DNA from: Macrostomum lignano
Taxonomy: Eukaryota
Assembly (NCBI GenBank): GCA_002269645.1
Contig: NIVC01000215.1
Location: 124,001-188,000, forward strand
Direction: 5' to 3'
DNA length: 64,000 bases
In this document: one piece after another, positions 46,401 through 55,990 of the stretch
How positions within the stretch are numbered: position 1 is the stretch's first letter
Layout of the letters: the number at the start of each line of letters is the position of its first letter
Notes under the pieces: generated by a model
The model's database searches: none
What the model was told of the DNA's origin: nothing
What the model saw: the letters and a program-made list of their open reading frames with translations, nothing else
Made by a program: the position numbers and the translations under genes

Positions 46401-49400
46401 TCTGGATATCTGAAACACTAAAAGAACTGTGGGATCAGTTCAAACTTCACAAGCAGGGACCAAGATGGTAAAAATGAGCTCTGCTACTTTTGTTTCAACT
46501 GAAAACAAAATGGCTTTCTTAAATTCGCGCTTGATGCAAACTTCAAAGTTTGACGCACTTGAATTTTGAGGTGTTCATATTTGATGAAGTCGGTCTCTGT
46601 AGCGTATTCTGGGCGAAAATGAGTGTTACGGGGTGAGGCGGCAGGGCGGAACCAATTACTTCACGACCTGTCAAAACCACCCCAACGTGAGTTTGACACG
46701 CGGAGGCTAAAATGAAAACAGGGGCCCTGCGCGCCCACGCAGGGAATCACACAGGGAACTTGCATCTCCCTGAAAACACAACTGTAAATGATGATATGAG
46801 GATATGGCGTAAATTCATACAGCGTAAAGCTAATTAACTAACCCTTTTCACATTGGAAGGGTTGTCTCGGCTGTTTGAATGCTTAGTTACTGTTTCGGTT
46901 CCCTGAAGGAGCTGCGCAGCACAACATTTATATTCACAATTTGTACTCGTGATGAATAAATAGTATTGCACTGCTAATATCTTGATGGCCGTCCCAAGTT
47001 GAATGCAACCGCTGGAAGAACAGTAAATACACGATTCACTGGATGTGAATTGTGAAGTATACTGCACTTCTCAACTGTGACGATTCCATGCAGCAGGGCT
47101 TCTTGGGACTGGGGCTGTAACCCTTCTTCGCCAAGAAACTCCTCAAGTTGCTCCAAATATTCTAAAAATGTTGATACAATGTCCCATATTCTCTACAATG
47201 TCCGCCTTCAGATTGTCAAGTGTCAGTAGTTAATGGGATTTTATAGCGCTAATGGGAGCTGTGCAGCTCATACATGGCTCATGCCGTGTGTCTGCCATGT
47301 CGGCTAATCTTAGCTATGCTTAAAATATATGCTACAAATACTACTTCGGAAGCAGTATGTAATGGAGCGAAAAATGAAGTCTTAATATTAAATAGATTGA
47401 GAAAAAAGCAAAGCCGTTGAACTGATTAGTTAAAAATTCGGAGACAGACATTAAAAGGAACTGCTAAGCCTTTATAAAAAAATGCCTCGTGCGATTGTCT
47501 TGCGTAACAACTGCTTTATTTAACATTTTAACTTTTCGGTAAAACATTAAAATTGCGCGGGTGTGGCGCATGCATTGTTTGGGATGCGCCCAATCGACTA
47601 AGGGCGCCCTTCAGACGAAAAGCAATCGAGATTGTAAATTTGAAATGGAGGAGAAGGAAAAATAAATTTGACATGTTAAAGATGTATCAAAAGCTATTGT
47701 TAATCCTAAACAGCTTTCAATAATTCCCGAAAATGCATCTCAATACATCATGCGCCCGGTAGCGCCGGAGCGTATTGGAGGGCGCACTGTGATTTACTGA
47801 AAGTTAAAGTACATTGAAAATCATCCCAAGCGTTCCGTTTTCTGCTGTTGACTCAAACATTCAAAGTACTTTAGCACAATATTAAACCGAAAAAAATCTA
47901 CATTTTTTTCGGGCGACCCTAGGCGAACGGGCGCCCAGAGGCGCCCCCTCAAATTCTCCCCACAGGGTATTTAGCAATTTTACAATGAGTAGAAACCTGA
48001 AAAAGAAAAAGTACGTAGCTTTGAAAATATTAATTACCAAGAACTTTCGACTAAGTTCATTCCACGATTCCAGATCATCATAGAATGAATTACCATCTCC
48101 GTAGTCCTCCGAAATTTTGGCGAAGTACTTTTGAAAAAAATGAACGATCTGCAAGCCTTTCCAAAGCCAAGGACTGGGTGATGTGCCCTTCACTACCAAG
48201 CGCTTTTCTATGCTTAAACATTTCTCGAGACAGCGAATGCATTGCGTATGCTGATCATCTAGCTGCGAGTTATAACGATACATAATACTAAGCATTGTGT
48301 AGCAATAAGCCGTCTTGACATCGTATAGATCCAGTAGCTCAAAAATTCTGGCAGCCTGTCGGAATTTCAAAATCGCGCCATTTAAAGTGTTGTAAGGTGG
48401 TCTCTTTGGATTCCTGAAAGCTTGCTGATAGAGTTCGATGCCCACGTGCATGTGAATCAGAGCATAGAGCTGTGTGTCCACCAGCTCCGCTCTTTGGCAC
48501 AGGTCATATGCTTGTTGAAGAATGCAAAGTTTATTCGGGTGGTCGCTTACTCTATAAATTACTTCCAAGTTAAATTTCATTTCGGGTTCTTCTTTGGTGG
48601 CTTTAAATTCGTAGGGCTGATCTTTCATCAACTGCAACAGATCCGGAAAGTTTACTTGAGCTTTATGCAGACAAATCATTAGATCCAATGTGGTGCCACT
48701 CAATGCAGAAGACTCGCTACTCACAAAAATACTTTCAGTAAAATCTTTAACGTCTTTTAGCAACTCAGTTACGCAAAACATTAACTTAGGATTAGTAAAA
48801 AATCTTTCTTCAACAGACACAATTTGGTCTAGCCGATAGAATGCATTAGCTAGAAAATTTTCGATGACTACTAATGCTGTCCGCTCGCAGTCAACTATGT
48901 CAGATTTGATTGTTTCAACAAGACCCTTAGCGTGACTTAAACAATCCAGGGATTTCATCCAAGTGGTCTTTTGAAATGTAAAAATTTTGAGCAGAATATT
49001 TCCAGTCCAAGATAAAAATGATGAAAGCGTTAAAAACACTTGCTCTGTCCTAGAAGGAATGTACCTGGCTGGATATAATTCTGAAGCGCGCATTTTCTGA
49101 TGCTCCTCTGAGGCTTGCAGAATAAAAATAATGCCTTCGTTCACCAACCAAAGTGCAACTAGGAAGACCAACATTTTGTGATCTTTGGGGAAACTCAACT
49201 CGAAGTCTTCATATGTAATTCTGGCTAAACGACAGACATCCAGCTTTATACCGAATCCAATATCCAGTAGGTGTGCAGCCTTCTCTTGTTGATGTTTTGC
49301 AGAAGACAAAGCTTGAGTATTCAAATAATGGCGAGTAATGCAGAGAATGCAAAACACCCTGACCGGAATATCTTCGATGTCCTCATACTTGCGTACTAAC

Positions 49401-51109
49401 TTCTTTAAATGCGCAAGCGATTCTAGTCGGTAGCCATCCAAAAAGTCTTTAGAGTCTTTGATTCTACGTATTATAGTCATCCATGCTGAGCCATCGCTTG
49501 AATCAACAGAAGACTCGAGATTGCTTTTCGGTACCATAGCAGCTTGGAGACTTGAAGCGCTACGCACATTCGAGCGCTCAACTTTAGGCTGTGTTCGTAC
49601 GCTCTTCTCTAAAAATCTTCTTTTGATGGCTGAATTCTGAAGAATTTAAAGGAAAATGAAGTAGCATGTTACTAAGCAGGTGAATAAACACGAAGTAATG
49701 AAAATAACTATTAAAAGTTATGCAAAACTTACAGCTCTGTCGTACAACTCCTTGCACTTTGCAGAGCTAGTCGAGTCAGAACTCGAATTAGCACCAACGT
49801 GAAGAATCTGCAACAAATATGTTGCCGTCACTGTTCCCGACTCCAATGCACACTCCAAATGTACAGCTTTCTCAAAGTTCTGAAGAGCCTCTTCCGAAAA
49901 CGCACCAGCACTATTGACGAGAACTACAGACAGCATTGTGACAGCTGAAGCAGTGAGAGGATCACTTGTGTAGCCACTTATCAGAACAGAAACGCTTTTC
50001 TTTAAACATGACTTAGATAATTCGTACTTCTTTTTCAAAAAATCTGGATTAAGAGCTTTACTGCTGCAATCAAGTCCGCTCTTTAACGGGCATGTGTCCT
50101 CAAAGTGGCTTACTCCTTCGACATAGTCGGCGTAAGCTTTGAAGTACTTGTAGAGCTTGGTTGATTTCGACAAATCAAAGCGCTTCAGTATCTGCTTTCC
50201 TTGTTCAATTAGAACGCGACATTTCTGTGGCAAACGCAACTCTAACAAACAAGCAGCCATGTTCAGAATGGAAGTGATGGACCACCCGTTAGGAATAATG
50301 TCTAAATCGATTCGTCGAATTAAGCTTGCCTTCTGAGGTCGCCGCTCGATTGCTGCCTCAAAGTACTGGAACGCTTTCACAAGGTACTTGTGTTCGTAAA
50401 TAGTTTTTTTCATAGCGCAGTTGAACATCAGTCTGCTCATGGTTAACCTCAAAGAGTTTGCAAGACAAGGGTCGACTGCGACTGCCTTCTGACTGAAGTA
50501 CTGAGTCGCTAACCAATGGGCAAATCGGCAATAAGACATCCAATCTGGTTTCTCAAAAGTATTATTGCGCCCAAGTGCAATGTAGCATTTTCCCGCAACG
50601 TAATGTGCAGTGATGAATGTTATTGCGCTCTCAAAGTCCTGTCTGTCAGTTGCCTCATGAAGCTTAGGCTGATTAGCCTCTTCAATTGGGTACTTGTCTG
50701 TAAGCGCTTCGGTTTTTAGTTTACTTTGCTCATTTCGAAAGTTCCGGGCAACGAGTGCATCCAAATACAATTGGTAAATTGCCATCGTTTGGTATTTACT
50801 TCGTCCTTCATCCCCATTCTTGCTCCTAGATTCAATAGCCGCTTTAAGTATTTCAGAAGAATTAGAATCCGCAAAAATTTTTTCCAAAAAATTCACGTAA
50901 TAGGTTGTTTTGCTAGTATTTTGTCTTATTTGAAATTCATTTAAAAGCATAACGGTTGAAAGAGACAAATCCAAGGCGCTGGAATCCAACCGGCTTAGAG
51001 CTTGCTTGTGTCTTTCTTCCCAATATTTTAAAGTCCCGTCATTTGCATAAACTTGAAGAAATAGTGCGTCGTCGTCGGAAATAAGTCGATTGCTCGACAT
51101 AGTAGACAT
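31472..51109 (-). CDS. TPR-like alpha-helical repeat protein, paralog A (~1,020 aa to first stop); intron 2 holds a 16.4-kb transposon
   Basis: Exons 51109-49733, 49636-48038, 31561-31469, phase-0 GT-AG. Exon 3 (TAVNRKK..., 93 nt) matches paralog B exon 3 (TAVKRD..., 94 nt) but reaches TAA at 31474-31472. Kinesin-light-chain-like TPR segments, e.g. KKSVSVLISGYTSDPLTASAVTMLSVVL. Confidence 0.75.
32366..35806 (-). CDS. Spliced accessory (TnpA-like) gene of the transposon with DUF4806/BEN-like C-terminus
   Basis: First exon MKFVIIFRED...VILQ|gtaagt; later exons ...HLTSL|, RLLLRLCRRESWQQTLRAMLDCTLSDQIQAVVNYNGQ (33368-33162), DLYKL...FDDVKNAVIDMLKRGNDR (32826-32366), with compatible phases. Middle exon boundaries not fully resolved. 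Confidence 0.6.
36090..38368 (+). CDS. EnSpm/CACTA-like DDE transposase, 2 exons, apparently intact
   Basis: Exon 36090-36270 (T|gtgagt) joins phase 1 to 36531-38368. Motifs NCDGLPLY...MWPIL, FVCDTPAR, GHTSYHGCTYC, IDYQHAVCLGV, FKATEFRQF, NVHVLLHL, FPFENYLG; AATAAA after the stop. Confidence 0.9.
42489..46784. mobile_element. Non-coding TIR element (TA-flanked, Tc1/mariner-like ends), 4.3 kb, carrying a satellite array
   Basis: TA|CAGTTGTGCTTACGGGGAGATGCAAATTCCCTG versus rc of the right end CAGTTGTGTTTTCAGGGAGATGCAAGTTCCCTG (29/33 identical), followed by TA. Confidence 0.8.
43247..46455. repeat. Satellite array with higher-order structure (156-bp A, 184-bp B, 156-bp chimeric C monomers)
   Basis: Order about AB AB AB AB ACCB AB ACCB A; periods of 340 bp and 992 bp visible from repeated ORF starts (e.g. 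44651 and 45643). Confidence 0.95.
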
Positions 51110-51637
51110 GTAAAAAAGAATTTAGTAGACTGGTGTGAACAAAGTTCTTTAACAGACTGAAAGTGGGTAATATTTTTTACAAACAAATGATTCCAAATAG
51201 ACAAGTCTACATTAAGTATTTTCACCAAAGCAAGATTAACAGTAATGTTGAGTACCAACCACAGATACTAGAATAACTACGAGATGGGCCACTCAGGCAT
51301 ATATACTTAGCAAAATAGCTTTTTACTTTCAGTTCAGTAGCAATGAACAATACAAACAGTATTTTATACGAATAAAGGCAGCTGCATGAGATGACTTTGA
51401 TAAGTTTAGAAGCCAAGCTTGCAGACGTAAACAGCTTGCTAATTATAACAGTTTAGCTATAATGTACATTAGCCACTGAAATTTACAAGGCATATTTAGG
51501 CTGGAACAACCGAAGAAGGTATTAAAAATTGGGTGTCGGGGCAGGAGTAGAGGTTCTGTGAACATGTGTGGAGTCAATAAAGAAGGCATGTATACTTAGC
51601 AAAGAGCCAATAAATAAGCATTGTCTTTAAAAATATA

Positions 51638-52817
51638 CTCAGCAACGGGTCCATGAGAATTGCCGCAGACGAATTGCCCGCAGTGCATTTTTCCCGCGAG
51701 CGAATTGCCCGCCGAGTTTTTCCCGCCGAGGTTTGCCCGCAATGCTTCCTCCTGCGGCGCATTTGGCAGCTAGATTCTGTCTCCGATGCCCCCCCCCCCC
51801 AAAAAAATGTACATGAGATATGCAGTTACTCTCAAAACGTTACTCTTTATTGACTTACTAAGCATTGGGGAGGCAATGCAGACAAAATCTGCCGCGTGGC
51901 CAAATGCGCTGTAGGAAAAAAGCATTGCGGGCAAGCATCGGCGGGCAATTCACTCGCGGGCAATTCACTCGCGGGAAATTCACTCGCGGGCAATTCACTC
52001 GCGGGAAATTCACTCGCGGGCAATTCACTCGCGGGCAATTCACTCGCGGGCAATTCACTCGCGGGAAATTCACTCGCGGGCAATTCACTCGCGGGCAATT
52101 CACTCGCGGGCAATTCACTCGCGGGCAATTCGCTCACGGGCAATTTGCTCGCGGGAAATTCACTCGCGGGCAATTCACTCGCGGGAAATTCGCTCACGGG
52201 CAATTTGCTCGCGGGAAATTCACTCGCGGGCAATTCACTCGCGGGAAATTCGCTCGCGGGCAATTCACTCGCGGGCAAATCTCGGCGGGCAATTCACTCG
52301 CGGGCAATTCACTCGCGGGCAATTCACTCGCGGGCAATTCACTCGCGGGCAAATCTCGGCGGGCAATTCACTCGCGGGCAATTCACTCGCGGGCAAATCT
52401 CGGCGGGCAATTCACTCGCGGGCAAATCTCGGCGAGCAAATCTCCACAAGCAATTCGCTCACGGGCAAAATGCACTGCGGGCAAATCTCGGCGGGAAAAG
52501 CTCGGCGGGCAATTCGTCTGCTGGCATTTCTCGTGCTCCCCTCAGCAACATCGAAAAGTCGCCATCACAGAAGATTCCGTCTGTGGTCGCCAATTTTGAA
52601 AGTGCAGGTCAAGTTTCTCAATCTTTGCGAGTGACGCGACTTAGGTACGCCGCGGCAGACTTGGGTTGAGGTTTGAGGAATGAAGTCGGGGGGAGCGGTA
52701 TGTGAGGATTGGACGGATTAAAGCGACCCCGATCAGTTTTTAGTTTTTTAATTTCAGAATAGTCCAAGAGAAATTGCTCACTGGCACATAAAGTGGCGAC
52801 TTTTCAACGTTGCTGTG
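51638..52817. mobile_element. EnSpm-type MITE (~285 bp without the insert) interrupted in its left TIR
   Basis: TA|CTCAGCAAC[insert]ATCGAAAAGTCGCCA ... TGGCGACTTTTCAACGTTGCTGTG|TA. Confidence 0.7.
51647..52540. mobile_element. Non-autonomous foldback MULE-like element, 894 bp, 9-bp TSD
   Basis: TSD CTCAGCAAC (51638-51646, 52541-52549); ends GGGTCCATGAGAATTGCC / rc GGGAGCACGAGAAATGCC; inverted arrays of 15-bp GCGGGCAATTCACTC (~5 copies left, ~35 right). Confidence 0.88.
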
Positions 52818-52936
52818 TACTCGTATACATTGAAATATTTCAGTTTAAATTGCTACTGAACTGAAAGAAGCTCGCACATAAATGGGCCATCTAGTATCTA
52901 GTTATTCTAGTATCTGAGGTACCAACAATTTTTATA

Positions 52937-53217
52937 CTCAGCAACATTGAAAAGTCGCCACCCTTTGCCCCAGTGAACAGTGTGTTTTGACCAGCGTCTA
53001 CACCTGGCCAACCATTTTGACATAAAAATGTTTGAACAAAAAATGAAAACCAGGCGGAAGCTTCAATCCATCCAATCTTCGCCCTCCGCTCTTTCCAATC
53101 CCTCCTCACCCAGCCCAACTCTGCGTCGCGTGGCGCAAGTTGCGTCACTCAAAAGTCAATACTGAGCTGGAATTTGCTGCGCACTCTCAAAGGTGTCGAC
53201 TTTTTAATGTTGTTGAG
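52937..53217. mobile_element. Second, diverged copy of the same MITE family in opposite orientation
   Basis: CTCAGCAACATTGAAAAGTCGCCACC ... GGTGTCGACTTTTTAATGTTGTTGAG; interior aligns in reverse complement with 52550-52793 (GAGTGACGC.ACTT, GATTGGA.GGATT.AAGC). Confidence 0.7.
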
Positions 53218-54397
53218 TCTGGCTGACATAAACTACGGGTACCAGATGAAGTTCGTCAATAATAAATTAATTCTAGTTCTGTCAATAACTCTAAATGCTA
53301 AATTTTTTACAATGTAAATAACGTAAAGCCGAAAAACTAGTGATGCTGTAAATATGTTGGCATTTAAGTTATTTATTTAGTTTTTTGTCAGTGTGGCAGT
53401 CTGCAAGTCTTATGGCTAAAATTAATCATAAGTGGTAAGAATTCACTTTAGATTGAAAACTATAACGCTTTGATACGAAATGGCAAGCGACAATGATTTA
53501 TATTGTTATTGTTGAGCACGATACACTGAAGAGTGTTGTGAAGAGACGGCACGGAGACCTAGGGGTGGATGAGTAAGAGCGGTCAGAATGAAATGTATAG
53601 CGAAATAGAAGGGCACACGCAGTGAATCAGGGTAAAACACCTTCTATCAAATACTATGGAAGGAATAAAGAAATTGTTGTAATTAACTATTTACGACATA
53701 GAAGTTCATTAACTAACAACAGATATCGATTAAAAAATAGTCTCTAGCCAAAAGAATCTGATGTTGCAAAAAACAGTAAAATTGAGAATAATATCAGGAC
53801 AGATTGGAATAGCTTTCCTGGCGCTAAAAATAACCGAATAACATAAAAAATTGTATAAAATTCAATCATGCGGCTGTTGATTGGCCCATTGGTTTAAGGT
53901 AAATAGTTTTACGAATTAGAATTGAACCAGAGAAAAATTATTGAAACGATGTAGCAGTTCGCAGTCACTTTACAGCGAATGCGTGCAATCTCCCGGAGTC
54001 TGGGGCGTCAAAACACACCCACGTAGTCTTCCCACGCGTCTGGACATGATGGTGTGAGCTGCAATCAGCAAGGCGACGGGACGCACGGGCTGGCGTATGG
54101 AGGATACGGTATAGGCAGGCATACCCGGGTCGGCGTCAAGACACGGGACCTTACTCCCACCGACAACCGAAAGCAAGGCCAGAAAAGAGGCAGTAGTGGG
54201 CGCACTGGTCTTCGACCCCGACCGGCTGTCATATTTACTAGATATGACAGGCATATTATTTGCTAATCTCCGGTGTTAAGTTATGGCAATTGTTAGCAAT
54301 TTTAAGTCCACGCGAGAGCGAGAGAGAGAAAGAGAGAGAGCGCGACACTGGAATTCACTAAATAAGCCACAGCGCGCAAGGGGGGCAGGCTGAGAGC

Positions 54398-55563
54398 GTC
54401 TGGACCATGGAGGAAAGAACAGAATGGAGTGCCGATCTGAGCCAGTTATTTTTATCTCGCTCGATTTTCGCTTTTAACATCCCTTTCCCCCCGTTCCTTC
54501 CTATTGGCTGAAAGCATATGTAGTGATCCGCTAGTTTGGTGCTAGGCGTCGCAATATTGTCAGCAGCTTCCTTCGCCCTCGCCCCCGCCCTGGGTTGCTG
54601 TCTGCCGCTGGTCAGCTTCCCGCCCGTCTGTTGCTGCCCTTCTGCGTCTCTGTTCTCAGCCCTCAGCCCTGTTCTCTGTTCTTGGAGTCTTAAAGTGCAG
54701 TAAACATGTTTACTGCACTCGTTGGCCCTGTTTACCGGGAGAATCACGTGCTTTCGGACCCCTCCCTTCTCTAAGGAGAGGAGTGACTCATGTTGCTAAA
54801 AATAGCAACTGAGTCACAGCCGCGTGTACTCTGACCGGAAACCTCAAGTGACGTCAGTTCTAAAAATAGAACAAGTCACGAGGTCTTGTGCGTGGGTGTT
54901 TCCCGGCTATAAATAGGACCCCTCTTCCCTTGTTTCCGTCAAGGAGGCTTCTTATCTGCGGAGAATCCACTAAGTTCCCGTGTGCGTCAGTGTCTAACTA
55001 AGTGCCCTTTGCGCATATTGAATCTGCTTGTACTGGTCTGACTGAGACCTCACTAAAGCCCGACCTTAAGCCTACGAGAGGCTAACTCAGCCCTCCCATA
55101 CCAACCAAGCCCGGCAGGTGCTGCTGACGAGACGCCTTGTTCATTAATCTGCAAATCTGCACCCGGTGCTGAGTTTGTTGACTTCGTTATTTCGTTCCGA
55201 CGGGAAGCTCACCTCATCGAAGGCCGAGACTTGAAGGAACTGGTGGCAGCACTACCTACGCTACTGAGAGTTGAGAGAACTTCCCACTGAAGAGGCTCGA
55301 GTCTTAAGGTAATCTTAAGAGCCTAACCGGGAAGCAAACAGCGTTCTATTTCAAATATTTTGATGCGAGCTCATACTATGCTGGGACAGACCTTTCAGAG
55401 GGGAACGAAAACGAAAACGAGACGAAAAATACTTTGTCTATGGCAGTCACGAGCCAATAGGAAAGAACGGGGGGGAAGGGATGTCAAAAGTTAAAATCGA
55501 GCGAGATAAAAACAACTGGCTCAGATCAGCACTCCATTCCACTCCCCCCTCCATGGTCTGGAC
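54398..55563. repeat. ~112-bp inverted repeat pair (54398-54509, 55452-55563) around an LTR-like promoter segment
   Basis: Arms ~85% identical by eye; interior has TGACTCA, TGAGTCA, TGACGTCA, TATAAATA (~54908) and TGGTGGCAGC (55241). Confidence 0.65.
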
Positions 55564-55990
55564 ATGACATCGCGGCCAGGACACCCACCAGCCAATCATA
55601 GCACAGAGCCCGAGAATCAGAGGGAACGCCAATCGCAAACCAGACTTGAGCCAACTGGCTGAGGCAGATACAAAGGGTTGGTTTACATAAAATACGGAGT
55701 GCACTTGCACTGCAAGAGTGAGCGACACAACACTCATATTTAAAGAAAAAAATAGCTTAGTAGTAGCGAGTATTTGTTTGTATTCAACATTGCCTTGCGG
55801 ATTACAGGACCCTAATTCAGCCTAAATGATTTATCAGAGTAATAACACGAGCGTATACTCCGAAATAGTCGCAAAATAATATAGTTTAGAACGTGTACGT
55901 GATTGTGTTTTTTAAATGGCAAATATCATGCAGGTCAGTAAAGACTATACGTTTAAATGTGTACGGAATGACGAGAGGCTAAATGGTCAT

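Larger units (their letters stand above)
31589..47967. mobile_element. EnSpm/CACTA-type (CMC) DNA transposon, 16.4 kb including nested cargo
   Basis: TA|CCCTGTGGGGA(ATTT) at 31589 and (AAATTC)TCCCCACAGGG|TA at 47967; GCGCC-rich subterminal regions at both ends; divergent transposase and accessory genes; host intron is restored on removal. Confidence 0.85.

Noticed and set aside
46834-47190. Exon-like segment (RIWDIVSTFLEYLEQLEEF...)
   Set aside because: Short, no partner exon or motif identified; cannot be supported as a gene.
47882-48037. C-terminal extension of the 561-aa ORF (and likewise 57235-57333, 58936-58980, 49718-49732, 537-575)
   Set aside because: Read-through into introns or the transposon TIR beyond strong GT donors.
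54729-55340. Solo LTR call (TGTTT...AAACA)
   Set aside because: Flanks GGCCC and GCGTT do not form a TSD, and a PBS-like motif lies inside; kept only as part of an unexplained cassette.
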